From an uncultured Ignavibacteria bacterium (GTDB lineage: Bacteria; Zixibacteria; MSB-5A5; RBG-16-43-9), in contig CAZMZF010000001.1 of the NCBI GenBank assembly GCA_964570765.1, forward strand, positions 47,626 to 111,625: a stretch of DNA of 64,000 nucleotides. The letters run 5' to 3'. The notes beneath the pieces are model-generated. The model saw only the letters and a program-made list of their open reading frames with translations, ran no database searches and was not told where the DNA came from. The translations under genes and the position numbers were made by a program. Below, piece by piece: positions 1 through 9,412 of this stretch. Each line of letters begins with the position of its first letter. Positions within the stretch are counted from its first letter, which is position 1.

Positions 1-54
1 AAGATAGATAAATAAAATTAAATGACGAATATCGGATATCGAATGATGAATATA

Positions 55-83
55 ACGTCCGGGTTTACCCCGGACGTTTTTTC
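55..83 (+). terminator. Hairpin ACGTCCGGG-TTTA-CCCGGACGT followed by a T6 run; rho-independent terminator-like
   Basis: Perfect 9-bp stem and T-tract read directly from the sequence. It would terminate a gene lying upstream of the window. Confidence 0.4.
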
Positions 84-333
84 TTGTAGGGACAGGACAT
101 TGTCCTGTCCTTTGAATTTTTTTATTCAGGATGAAAGTTTTTGAGATAGAAAATGTAAATTCAGTTACAAATGACAGATAACGGATAAAATATTTATCTT
201 TTAGAAAAGAACCTCACCCTTAATCCCTCTCCTTGAAAAGGAGAGGGAAGTGTAGCGTCCGGTCTCAAGATGCATTGCAGTTTATCCCAGACGTCCTTTT
301 TCTATGTAGCGCGAGGCCATCTCCGCCTCAGTA

Positions 334-515
334 TAGTTTTTCAGTATTTTGGTAACATTTTTTATAGGTTAAGGATATAGGAAAGAGATTATAAATTAGA
401 AGGTAACTTGTTAAAACGGGATTCACATCCAAAAATTTGTTAGTAATTAACGAGATATTGCGTAGGGGTGGAGATTGTTGAGCTTTGCGAAACCCAGATT
501 TTAGGGTCTCCACCC
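334..515. repeat. Copy A of a ~183-bp noncoding element that is duplicated at 52457-52639
   Basis: About 88% identical to the second copy. Ends in the hairpin GTAGGGGTGGAGA...TCTCCACCC. The 61-aa ORF on the minus strand inside it is judged spurious. Confidence 0.6.
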
Positions 516-1090
516 TTAACCCTTATTATAATTTTCATTGTAACTTGAGATCACCTCCTCTATAAACGATTTGTTTTAAAACTATTTTTGCCTGGATTTT
601 CTCCTCCGGTTTTATTAGAGTCTCCATTCATAGTTATTTCTCCCTTTTTTACTCCAGCAAAAATTTGATTAATTTTAGGATTTTTAAACAAAATAAATTT
701 TACTTCAACGAAGATTTCAGGAGAAAGCTTCCTGGTTTAACTCTTTAATATAAGGTTCCAACCTAGTTAGCACCCAATAATTACAATAATAATTAAACTA
801 ATAAAATTTATTTTGTCGTCTTTTTTTAGATTTTTTGGGATTTTAATAGTGCGGGAAGATTATTCTAGCATTAAGTTTTATCACAAAAACGCATGATTGA
901 AAAGCCAACATTGCTAATTCATTCTAAACACTTGCACCATTTTAATCTTTAAGCCAATATAGTCACTCTCCTGAGCTAACTTATAAACTTTTCCTTGACT
1001 TGAAGCTTAAAAGTATTAAATTTTGCGGTGAACTAAAAGGTTAAAGAGTTTAATCCGCCAGAGGCGGAAAGGGTTCAAGGGAAAAAACTT

Positions 1091-1933
1091 ATGCTTAAAC
1101 TTGATGATAAAGAAGTCTATTCTATAGTGGATAATTCCTTTAAGATCGATGGAGGGGCGATGTTTGGAGTGGTTCCTAAAATTATCTGGGAAAGGATGAT
1201 GGTTCCGGATGAGTCAAACAGGATAACTTTAGACTTAAACCTTCTCCTGGTTAAAGCAGAAGGTAAAAACATCCTGGTCGATAGCGGAATTGGTGATACT
1301 CTGAATGAAAAACAGAAGAAGATATATGGTGTGGAAAAAGAGTCTAATCTTGAAAAAGGTCTTTTCGAGATTGGGTTAAAACCTGAGGATATTGATCTGG
1401 TTATTCTTTCTCATCTTCATTTAGACCACGCAGGAGGGATTGTTAAATTTAATTCTCAAGGTGAGAAGGTTCCCCGTTTTCCAAAAGCGAAACATGTGAT
1501 TCAAACCGAAGAATGGAAATATGCGCTTCAACCGGATGAAAGGACTAAAGCAACTTATATGGTGGAGAATTTTCAGGTTCTGGATGAATACGGGTTGATA
1601 GAGTTAGTGAAAGGAGATAGGGAGATTGTGCCGGGGATAAGGGTGAAATTGACTGGAGGACATACAAAAGGACAGCAGGTGGTTTTTATCCAGGGAGGGG
1701 ATAAAACGATTCTTTATCCTGGAGATATAATTCCTACTATTTCTCATCTTAGAATTCCTTATGTGGCAGGTGTTGATATCTATCCCTTAGAGGTTATGGA
1801 GGTCAAAAAGAAATTGATCCAGGACTGTCTGGAATATAACTGGATGATTGCTTTTGATCACGAGATCGAGACAAAGCTCTGTCGTTTAGAAAAAATAAAT
1901 GATAAGATAGAAATTAAAAAAGTTCCAATTTAG
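1091..1933 (+). CDS. MBL-fold metallo-hydrolase (metallo-beta-lactamase superfamily)
   Basis: HLHLDHAGG metal-binding motif and overall MBL-fold pattern. The gene is preceded by a GGTTCAAGG repeat and an A-rich run. Confidence 0.75.
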   Translation: MLKLDDKEVYSIVDNSFKIDGGAMFGVVPKIIWERMMVPDESNRITLDLNLLLVKAEGKNILVDSGIGDTLNEKQKKIYGVEKESNLEKGLFEIGLKPEDIDLVILSHLHLDHAGGIVKFNSQGEKVPRFPKAKHVIQTEEWKYALQPDERTKATYMVENFQVLDEYGLIELVKGDREIVPGIRVKLTGGHTKGQQVVFIQGGDKTILYPGDIIPTISHLRIPYVAGVDIYPLEVMEVKKKLIQDCLEYNWMIAFDHEIETKLCRLEKINDKIEIKKVPI

Positions 1934-1947
1934 AAAAAAGGTGTTTT

Positions 1948-3498
1948 ATGTCCTTAGAAAAAAAATTAGAGGAGTTAAAAAAGAAAAGAGCAGAGGCGGA
2001 ATTAGGCGGTGGTCCCAAAAGGATAGAGGAACAGCATAAAAAGGGGAAGCTTACGGCCCGGGAGAGGTTGGACCTGCTTTTAGATGATGGTAGTTTTGAG
2101 GAATTCGATATGTTTGTTTTGCACCGCTGTAGAGATTTTGGCCTGGATAAGCAGAAATTTTTCGGTGATGCGGTAGTTACCGGGTACGGAACCATCGAAG
2201 GTAGATTGGTTTTTGTCTTCTCCCAGGATTTCACCACCTTTGGCGGGTCTTTATCCGAAGCCCATTCAGAGAAAATCTGCAAGATTATGGATTTAGCAAT
2301 GAAAATTGGTGCTCCGGTTATAGGTTTGAACGATTCAGGAGGTGCCAGGATTCAAGAAGGGGTGGTTAGTTTAGGTGCTTATGCCAATATATTTTTAAAA
2401 AACACCTTAGCCTCAGGTGTAATTCCGCAGATCTCGGTAATACTGGGTCCCTGCGCCGGAGGTGCTGTCTATTCGCCAGCGATTACTGATTTCACCTTGA
2501 TGGTCAAAGGGACAAGTTATATGTTTGTTACCGGACCTTCAGTAGTCAAAACGGTTACGCATGAAGAGGTAAGTTACGATGAGTTAGGTGGTGCTCTGGT
2601 TCATTCAAGTAAGAGCGGAGTGGCTCATTTCGCCTGTGAAAATGAAGCAGAGACTCTTCTTATAACCCGGAAACTTTTTAGTTTCATCCCTCTGAACAAT
2701 ATAGAAGACCCTCCGGATAAGGAATGCTCTGACCCAGTTGACCGAATGGATGAAGAGTTAAATTTCGTTGTTCCAGAAGAACCGACCAAGCCTTATGATA
2801 TGAAAGATGTGATAAAAAGGGTAGTGGATGATGGCGATTTTCTTGAGGTTCACAAAGACTATGCTCAGAATTTAGTGGTGGGGTTTGCGCGAATGGGTGG
2901 TAAATCTGTAGGGATTGTAGGTAATCAACCAGCGGTCTTAGCCGGGGTTTTAGATATCGATTCGGCAATAAAGGGAGCGAGATTTGTCAGGTTCTGTGAT
3001 GCTTTTAACATACCTTTAGTGGTATTTGAAGATGTACCCGGTTTTCTGCCTGGGACCGCTCAGGAGTTTGGTGGAATAATAAAGCATGGGGCAAAACTTC
3101 TCTATGCTTTCTGTGAGGCAACTGTTCCCAGATTAACTGTGATCACACGCAAAGCTTATGGAGGAGCTTATGATGTTATGAATTCCAAACACATAAGAGG
3201 GGATATAAACTACGGCTGGCCCACTGCAGAGATAGCAGTTATGGGTCCAAAAGGTGCAGTGGAGATTATCTTTAAAAAAGAGATAGCGGAATCTCCTGAT
3301 CCTGAAAAGGCAACTGAGGAGAAGTTAAAAGAATTCATTGAAAAGTTCGCTAACCCTTATATCGCCGCAGAAAGGGGTTATTTGGATGATGTGATTGAGC
3401 CCAAAGAGACCAGACCAAGATTAATCAAGGCTTTGTCGATGCTGGAGACTAAAAAAGATTTCAATCCGCCGAAAAAGCATGGGAATATACCATTGTAA
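1948..3498 (+). CDS. Acyl-CoA carboxylase carboxyltransferase subunit (propionyl-CoA carboxylase beta / methylmalonyl-CoA carboxyltransferase 12S-like)
   Basis: 516 aa. Typical carboxyltransferase N-terminus ([22 protein letters not shown]) and the paired CT domains. Confidence 0.85.
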   Translation: MSLEKKLEELKKKRAEAELGGGPKRIEEQHKKGKLTARERLDLLLDDGSFEEFDMFVLHRCRDFGLDKQKFFGDAVVTGYGTIEGRLVFVFSQDFTTFGGSLSEAHSEKICKIMDLAMKIGAPVIGLNDSGGARIQEGVVSLGAYANIFLKNTLASGVIPQISVILGPCAGGAVYSPAITDFTLMVKGTSYMFVTGPSVVKTVTHEEVSYDELGGALVHSSKSGVAHFACENEAETLLITRKLFSFIPLNNIEDPPDKECSDPVDRMDEELNFVVPEEPTKPYDMKDVIKRVVDDGDFLEVHKDYAQNLVVGFARMGGKSVGIVGNQPAVLAGVLDIDSAIKGARFVRFCDAFNIPLVVFEDVPGFLPGTAQEFGGIIKHGAKLLYAFCEATVPRLTVITRKAYGGAYDVMNSKHIRGDINYGWPTAEIAVMGPKGAVEIIFKKEIAESPDPEKATEEKLKEFIEKFANPYIAAERGYLDDVIEPKETRPRLIKALSMLETKKDFNPPKKHGNIPL

Positions 3499-3583
3499 AA
3501 AGGTTCAAGGGTTCAATGGTTCAAAAGCTCAAGGGAAAATAATGACAAATTATAGATGACAGATATAAAATAAAAGAATCATA

Positions 3584-3742
3584 GGCGGAGCACCTTGCTC
3601 CGCAAAAACGTAGATCGTAGAGTCCGACCTTTGTGTCGGACAATGAAAGGTTTATCGTAGCGCCCGTAGGGCAATGCGACCCTGTCCTACGGTGGCTACG
3701 CCAGACGTAGTCTCCGTTATTAGGAAAAGGGTCGCGCTACGA
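3584..3742. repeat. Cluster of REP-like palindromes (GGCGGAGC hairpin, GTCCGAC hairpin, GTAGCGC...GCGCTAC family)
   Basis: Nested palindromes. The last 65 bp (3678-3742) recur at 7725-7789 with one mismatch. Confidence 0.6.
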
Positions 3743-3753
3743 CAAAATATATT

Positions 3754-5280
3754 ATGTTCAAAAAAATTCTTATAGCTAATCGGGGAGAGATCGCAGTCAG
3801 GATTATACGAGCTTGCAGAGAGTTAGGGATAAAAGCGGTCGCGGTCTTTTCTGAAATAGACCGAAAAGGTTTACATGTTCGGATGGCAGATGAAGCTTAT
3901 TTTATCGGACCCTCACCTTCAGTTGCCAGTTACCTTAATATGGAAAAGTTAATTGAGGTGACAAAAAAAGCAGGGTGCGAGGGGATTCATCCGGGTTATG
4001 GCTTTTTAGCAGAAAATCCAGTGTTCGCCCGATTAGTTGAAAAAGAGGGATTGGTTTTCATCGGTCCGCCTGCCTCTGCCATTGAGCTTTTAGGGGATAA
4101 AATGGCGGCCAGAAAAACGATGAAAAAAGCCGGGATCGAAGTTGTTCCCGGAACTGAGGAACCTTTAGAGTCTGAAAAGCAGGGGCTTTCTATTGCTCAA
4201 AAAATAGGTTTCCCAATTTTAATTAAAGCGGCTGGTGGTGGAGGGGGAAAAGGGATGAGGATTGTCAGAAATGAAAAAGATTTAAAAGAGGCCATGAGGG
4301 CTTGTTCCTCTGAAGCTAAATCTGCCTTTGCGGATGCCAGGATCTATATTGAAAAATATTTAGAGAAACCCAGACATATTGAGATTCAGATCTTAGGTGA
4401 TAAATTCGGAAATATTATTTATTTAGGGGAGAGGGAGTGCTCTATTCAGAGAAGACATCAGAAGGTGATTGAGGAATCTCCTTCACCGATTGTAGATGAG
4501 GTTATGCGAAAGAAAATGGGTGAGACGGCGGTTAAAGCAGCTAAAGCGGCTGGATATCGCAATGCAGGAACAATGGAATTTTTGGTTGATTCTGATAAAA
4601 ACTTCTATTTCTTAGAGGCTAATACTCGACTTCAGGTAGAACATCCGGTTACGGAGATGGTTACCGGGATCGATATAGCCAAGGAGCAGATGAAGATTGC
4701 CTCAGGTTTGCCTTTAAGCTACAAGCAGGCGGATGTTACCTGGAAGGGAGCATCTATAGAATGTCGGATTTATGCTGAGGACCCGGAAAACAATTTTCTG
4801 CCTTCAACCGGTACGGTTTCATATTATGAAGAGCCAGCAGGTCCAGGGATCAGGGTTGATTCCGGTCTTTATGAAGGATGTGATGTCCCGATCTACTATG
4901 ATCCAATCATAGGAAAATTAATCACCTGGGGTAAAGATAGAGAGGAAGCTATTCAGAGAATGAGAAGAGCTTTAGCGGAATATCATATTTCCGGTGTAGC
5001 TACCACCATACCTTTTCACATTCAGGTGATGGAGAATGAAAAATTCAAGCAAGGAGAATTGTCTACTCATTTTATTGAAGAGGAGTTTAATCAAGGCAGA
5101 AAAGCTCAACTTGAAGAAAATAGTTATAGAATGGTGGCTTTGTTTTCGGCTTTAGCTGAATATAAAAATATACAAAAGGTTCAAAGGTTCAATCCGCCAG
5201 GGCGGACAAAGACTCAAGAGAAGGAAAATCCGTGGAAGATGGAAGGGAGAAGAAGAGGATTAAGAAAATTTGGGATTTAA
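3754..5280 (+). CDS. Biotin carboxylase subunit (ATP-grasp), partner of the upstream carboxyltransferase
   Basis: N-terminus MFKKILIANRGEIAVRIIRAC, glycine-rich ATP-grasp loop GGGGGKGMR and the downstream biotin-carboxylase domain pattern. The 3' end runs through a GGTTCAAAGG/CCGCC repeat, which may extend the C-terminus. Confidence 0.9.
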   Translation: MFKKILIANRGEIAVRIIRACRELGIKAVAVFSEIDRKGLHVRMADEAYFIGPSPSVASYLNMEKLIEVTKKAGCEGIHPGYGFLAENPVFARLVEKEGLVFIGPPASAIELLGDKMAARKTMKKAGIEVVPGTEEPLESEKQGLSIAQKIGFPILIKAAGGGGGKGMRIVRNEKDLKEAMRACSSEAKSAFADARIYIEKYLEKPRHIEIQILGDKFGNIIYLGERECSIQRRHQKVIEESPSPIVDEVMRKKMGETAVKAAKAAGYRNAGTMEFLVDSDKNFYFLEANTRLQVEHPVTEMVTGIDIAKEQMKIASGLPLSYKQADVTWKGASIECRIYAEDPENNFLPSTGTVSYYEEPAGPGIRVDSGLYEGCDVPIYYDPIIGKLITWGKDREEAIQRMRRALAEYHISGVATTIPFHIQVMENEKFKQGELSTHFIEEEFNQGRKAQLEENSYRMVALFSALAEYKNIQKVQRFNPPGRTKTQEKENPWKMEGRRRGLRKFGI

Positions 5281-5306
5281 GTATAAAGTAATACTTTAAA
5301 GCATAT

Positions 5307-5813
5307 ATGAAATACATTGCTAATATTGAAGATAAGAGTTTTGAAGTTGATATAATTGAGACTGATGGTAAACTGATAATAAAGCTTGATGGTCAACCTG
5401 TTGCGGTTGATTTTGTGCAAGTTAAACCACCTAATCTTTTTTCATTTCTGGTGGATAATCAATCGTTTGATGTGGAGATAGTAAAAAATGCTGAGGGGTA
5501 CTGGGTAAATTTTAATGGAAGAAGATATGAATGTATTTTAGAGGATGAGAAAATTCAAAAGATAAAAGATATTGTCGGGTTTAAAAAAGAGATTTTGCAT
5601 GATAGAGAACTTAAATCTCCAATGCCTGGTTTAGTCGTTGCCATTGAGGTTGAGGAGGGGGAGATGGTGAAAGTGGGGCAGGGTGTTGCCATAGTTGAGG
5701 CGATGAAGATGGAAAATGAGTTGAAAGCTAAATTTGATGGGAAAGTGAAAAAAGTCAGGGTGAAACCGGGACAGGCAGTGGAAAAGAACGAGATTCTGGT
5801 AATATTTGAATGA
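5307..5813 (+). CDS. Biotin carboxyl carrier protein (biotinyl domain)
   Basis: C-terminal EAMKM biotinylation motif (VEAMKMENEL). Confidence 0.8.
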   Translation: MKYIANIEDKSFEVDIIETDGKLIIKLDGQPVAVDFVQVKPPNLFSFLVDNQSFDVEIVKNAEGYWVNFNGRRYECILEDEKIQKIKDIVGFKKEILHDRELKSPMPGLVVAIEVEEGEMVKVGQGVAIVEAMKMENELKAKFDGKVKKVRVKPGQAVEKNEILVIFE

Positions 5814-6048
5814 GAAAAAACGTTTTTCGTGACCGTTGTTCGTGAGCGTTGAAAAAATGTAGAGAGGTTCAATAGTTCAAAGGTTTAATAGTTCAAGGGC
5901 AAAAAAGATATAGAATTCATTGCGGGGAAACCAGGCCGGAATGACGAAATTCGTAGGACGTTCGCCCGACACGATGGTCGGGCGTTAAGAGTTTCAGCTA
6001 CTTGCTACATGCTACCTGCTAAGAGCTATTAATAGATGAGAGAGGTAA

Positions 6049-7647
6049 ATGATGGATGATAAACGCAAATTTTTCACCACCTCAAATATTCCCATAAACG
6101 AGCTTTATACTACAGAAGACCTTTCTGATTTCGATTACACCAGTAACTTAAGCTATCCGGGGAAATATCCTTTCACCCGTGGGGTGCAGAAGGATATGTA
6201 TCGGGGACGCTTGTGGACGATGAGGCAGTATGCTGGCTTTGGGACTGCTCTGGAGACTAATAAACGGTTCAAATATTTATTACAGAAGGGACAGACCGGT
6301 TTATCAATTGCCTTCGATCTTCCTACCCAAATCGGTTATGATTCTGACCATCCCTTATCCTCAGGTGAAGTGGGCAAAACCGGAGTAGCGATCGATACGC
6401 TTAAGGATATGGAAATACTTTTTGATGGAATTCCATTGGATAAAGTTAGCACCTCAATGACTATAAATGCTACAGCTTCAATCCTTTTAGCGATGTACGT
6501 GGCTTTAGCTAAAAAGCAAAATGTCCCCCTAAATCTACTCTCCGGCACGATTCAAAATGATATTCTAAAAGAATATATTGCCAGAGGAACATACATCTTT
6601 CCCCCTCGCCCTTCGATGAGACTTACTACTGACATTTTTAAATACTCCAGTGAAAATCTTCCAAAATTTAATCCAATAAGTGTTAGCGGTTATCATATCA
6701 GGGAGGCTGGGGCAACTGCGGTGCAGGAGATTGCTTTTACATTAGCTAACGGCATAACCTATGTGCAGGAAGCGATAAATTCCGGGCTGAAAGTGAATGA
6801 TTTCGCTAAACGGGTTTCATTTTTCTTGAATTCTCACAGTAATTTCTTTGAGGAGATAGCCAAGTTCAGAGCAGCCAGGAGGCTCTGGGCGAAAATTATA
6901 AAAGAGAGATTCAGGGCAGAAGAAGATGTATGTAAATTAAGATTTCACACTCAGACTGCAGGATGTACCCTTACTGCCCAACAGCCTGAAAATAATATAA
7001 TTAGAGTAGCCCTGCAGGCACTTTCCTCAATCCTGGGAGGGACTCAATCGTTACATACCAATTCAATGGATGAGGCATTAAGTCTTCCCTCACAAAAGTC
7101 AGCTGAAATAGCTTTAAGAACACAACAGATTATTGCCTATGAGAGCGGGGTTACTGATACGGTTGACCCCTTAGCTGGAGCTTATTTTATTGAAGCTTTG
7201 ACCAATAGAATAGAGGATGAGGCGAGAAAATATATAGATTATATCGTAAAGAATGGTGGTGCATTATGGGCGGTCGAATCTGGATATTATCAGAAAGAGA
7301 TTCAGAAAAGCGCTTATGAATATCAAAAGATGATAGAATCAAAAGAGAAAATTATTGTAGGGGTGAACAAATTTGAGGCTGAAGTTGAAAAAGAGAAAAG
7401 AAAAAAGATTTTTAAGGTAAGTAAAAAGGGAACATTGGATCAGATTAAAAGATTAAAAGAAGTAAAAGAAAAAAGAGATAAAGAAAAAGTGAAAAAGTCA
7501 CTGGATGAATTGAGAAATAAAATTAATACGGATGAGAATTTAATGTATCCGATAATTCATTGCGTAGAAGCTTATACCTCAATTGGTGAGATCTGCGAGG
7601 TCTTAAAAAGTGTCTGTGGAGAGTATGAACAGAAAGTAATAATTTAA
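6049..7647 (+). CDS. Methylmalonyl-CoA mutase, catalytic (N-terminal) subunit without a B12-binding domain
   Basis: 532 aa with the mutase TIM-barrel pattern (RMYAGFGT..., SIAFDLPTQ...). Lys-rich C-terminal linker and no cobalamin-binding DxHxxG domain. Confidence 0.8.
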   Translation: MMDDKRKFFTTSNIPINELYTTEDLSDFDYTSNLSYPGKYPFTRGVQKDMYRGRLWTMRQYAGFGTALETNKRFKYLLQKGQTGLSIAFDLPTQIGYDSDHPLSSGEVGKTGVAIDTLKDMEILFDGIPLDKVSTSMTINATASILLAMYVALAKKQNVPLNLLSGTIQNDILKEYIARGTYIFPPRPSMRLTTDIFKYSSENLPKFNPISVSGYHIREAGATAVQEIAFTLANGITYVQEAINSGLKVNDFAKRVSFFLNSHSNFFEEIAKFRAARRLWAKIIKERFRAEEDVCKLRFHTQTAGCTLTAQQPENNIIRVALQALSSILGGTQSLHTNSMDEALSLPSQKSAEIALRTQQIIAYESGVTDTVDPLAGAYFIEALTNRIEDEARKYIDYIVKNGGALWAVESGYYQKEIQKSAYEYQKMIESKEKIIVGVNKFEAEVEKEKRKKIFKVSKKGTLDQIKRLKEVKEKRDKEKVKKSLDELRNKINTDENLMYPIIHCVEAYTSIGEICEVLKSVCGEYEQKVII

Positions 7648-7678
7648 AATACGTGTGAAGGATTCGATGATTGGAGAT

Positions 7679-7789
7679 TGTAGCGCGAGGCCTCAAGGTC
7701 TTGAGACTTTCAGCCTCGCAATGTGACCCTGTCCTGCGGTGGCTACGCCAGACGTAGTCTCCGTTATTAGGAAAAGGGTCGCGCTACGA
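7679..7789. repeat. REP-like palindrome cluster (GTAGCGCGAGGC...GCCTCGC, then GACCCTGTCC...GGGTCGCGCTAC)
   Basis: Palindromes read from the sequence. The terminal 65 bp repeat 3678-3742. Confidence 0.6.
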
Positions 7790-7802
7790 AAGGTCGAAAA
7801 TT

Positions 7803-8201
7803 ATGAAAATAGAAAAAATTGAACATATCGGGATTGCAGTGAAAAGCATTGATGAAGTGGCGAAATTCTACAGCAACATTCTTAATCTAAAAATCTCTGA
7901 AAAAATTGTGGTGCCTCAAAGAAAGATTAGAATTGCCTTTGTCCAGCTCTCTGAAACAAAGTTGGAGCTATTAGAGTCGATGGAGGAAGGGAGTGTTATT
8001 GATAAATTCATTCAGAAAAAGGGGGAAGGGATTCATCATATTTGCTTTGAGGTGGAGGATTTTGATAAGGTTGTAGCTGAGCTAAAGGATAAAAAAGTAG
8101 AATTGGTGGGCGAACCCCGGACAGGTGCAGAAGGAAAGAGAATCGTTTTCCTCCAGCCTAAAAATGCGTTTGGGGTGTTGATTGAGTTAAAGGAAAAATA
8201 G
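7803..8201 (+). CDS. Methylmalonyl-CoA epimerase (VOC/glyoxalase family)
   Basis: 132 aa. N-terminus IEHIGIAVKSIDE is typical of epimerases, and the gene sits in the methylmalonyl-CoA cluster. Confidence 0.75.
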   Translation: MKIEKIEHIGIAVKSIDEVAKFYSNILNLKISEKIVVPQRKIRIAFVQLSETKLELLESMEEGSVIDKFIQKKGEGIHHICFEVEDFDKVVAELKDKKVELVGEPRTGAEGKRIVFLQPKNAFGVLIELKEK

Positions 8202-8326
8202 CACAGCTGATTGGAATGATTAAGCAAATTAAAAAATACGGATGACAGAGTTTTTCGTAGCGCCCGTAGGGCAATGCGACCCTAAAAGGTCGCGCTACGA
8301 AACTGCAACTTGATTAAGAGAATTAA

Positions 8327-9325
8327 GTGATAGATATTTTTGGTTATCAAATTGAACGTGATTTATTTTTGACAATTCTAGGTATTATTGTTGCGGGTAT
8401 AATTAGCTTTTTTACTTGGATTCGTCCTCGTCGGGCAAAACTGAAAAAACAAGACGAAGAGCGTCTTTGGCGTATTGAAAAACAAGCAAAAGAAACAAAT
8501 GAAAACATAAAGCTAATACAAAGGCATTTTGACATTCCGATTTATGTAGATGAGTTACCTTCTGCACGTCCATCAGTATTTGTCCCATTTCTTAAAGGGT
8601 TAAAACTTATGATGCAGCTTAAATGGGATGAAGCAATACTTGAATTTAAGCAGGCGTTGAAAGATGCAAAAACCAGTCAATTAGTTGCCCTTTATAATTT
8701 TATAGGACTCTGTTACATTGTGTATGACAAACTCGATTTGGCTTTAGAAAGTTTTAATAATTCTTTAACTTTTGCTAGTGAGCTTGACAGCAAAGAGGGT
8801 GAAGCGGTCGCTCTTAGCATGCTTGCCATAACTTTTCGAAATAAAGGTGAATTGGACAAGTCCTTAGAATATTACCAAAATGCTTTAGTTGTATGTAGAG
8901 AAATTAACGACAAAAAATTGGAAGCAGCAATAATTTTCAGCCTTGGTCTAATCTATCAGATGAAAGGAGTTCTGGATAAAGCAGAGAAAAGCTATGAGGA
9001 AGCTCTGAAGATTTTTAGAGTAATTGGTGAAAAAGAAGGGGAAGCTAAATCGCTTGGAAACCTCGGTTTAATTTATCAGGCCAATGGTCTTTTAAATGAA
9101 GCCTTCAGATCTTTTCTATCTGCTCTTAAGATCAATAAAAAACTTGGCAGAAAGAAAGGTATAGCAGTCCAGATTAACAATATAGGTACAGTCTTTGAAG
9201 CTAAAAGAGAAAAGGAAAAAGCTCTGAGATATTTTGAAGATGCTTTGAGAATATTTACTGAAATTGGAGAGCAGAAGGGAATTGAACAAACTAAAGAAAA
9301 TATTAAAAGATTAAAAGGTGAATGA
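8327..9325 (+). CDS. TPR-repeat protein with an N-terminal transmembrane helix
   Basis: Multiple 34-aa TPR-like repeats (AxxxYxxALxI...). Hydrophobic N-terminus. Confidence 0.65.
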   Translation: MIDIFGYQIERDLFLTILGIIVAGIISFFTWIRPRRAKLKKQDEERLWRIEKQAKETNENIKLIQRHFDIPIYVDELPSARPSVFVPFLKGLKLMMQLKWDEAILEFKQALKDAKTSQLVALYNFIGLCYIVYDKLDLALESFNNSLTFASELDSKEGEAVALSMLAITFRNKGELDKSLEYYQNALVVCREINDKKLEAAIIFSLGLIYQMKGVLDKAEKSYEEALKIFRVIGEKEGEAKSLGNLGLIYQANGLLNEAFRSFLSALKINKKLGRKKGIAVQINNIGTVFEAKREKEKALRYFEDALRIFTEIGEQKGIEQTKENIKRLKGE

Positions 9326-9339
9326 GGTTCAAGTACTCC

Positions 9340-9390
9340 GTAGCGCGAGGCTTTTAGCCTCGCAATGCGACCCTGAAAGGGTCGCGCTAC
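9340..9390. repeat. REP element: GTAGCGCGAGGC-TTTTA-GCCTCGC-AATG-CGACCC-TGAAA-GGGTCGCGCTAC
   Basis: Double-hairpin palindrome with GTAG/CTAC termini, located 22 bp upstream of the RAYT gene. Confidence 0.75.
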
Positions 9391-9412
9391 GATTATAAGA
9401 AATGTAAATTAA

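Noticed and set aside
328-513. 61-aa minus-strand ORF
   Set aside because: It lies entirely inside the duplicated 183-bp noncoding element. The second copy (52457-52639) has substitutions that would alter it, and it has no start context. Spurious.
3499-3545. Possibility that the short tandem arrays are CRISPR repeats
   Set aside because: The units are 9-10 bp with no spacers, arrays have only 3-4 copies, and there is no leader or cas context. Not CRISPR.
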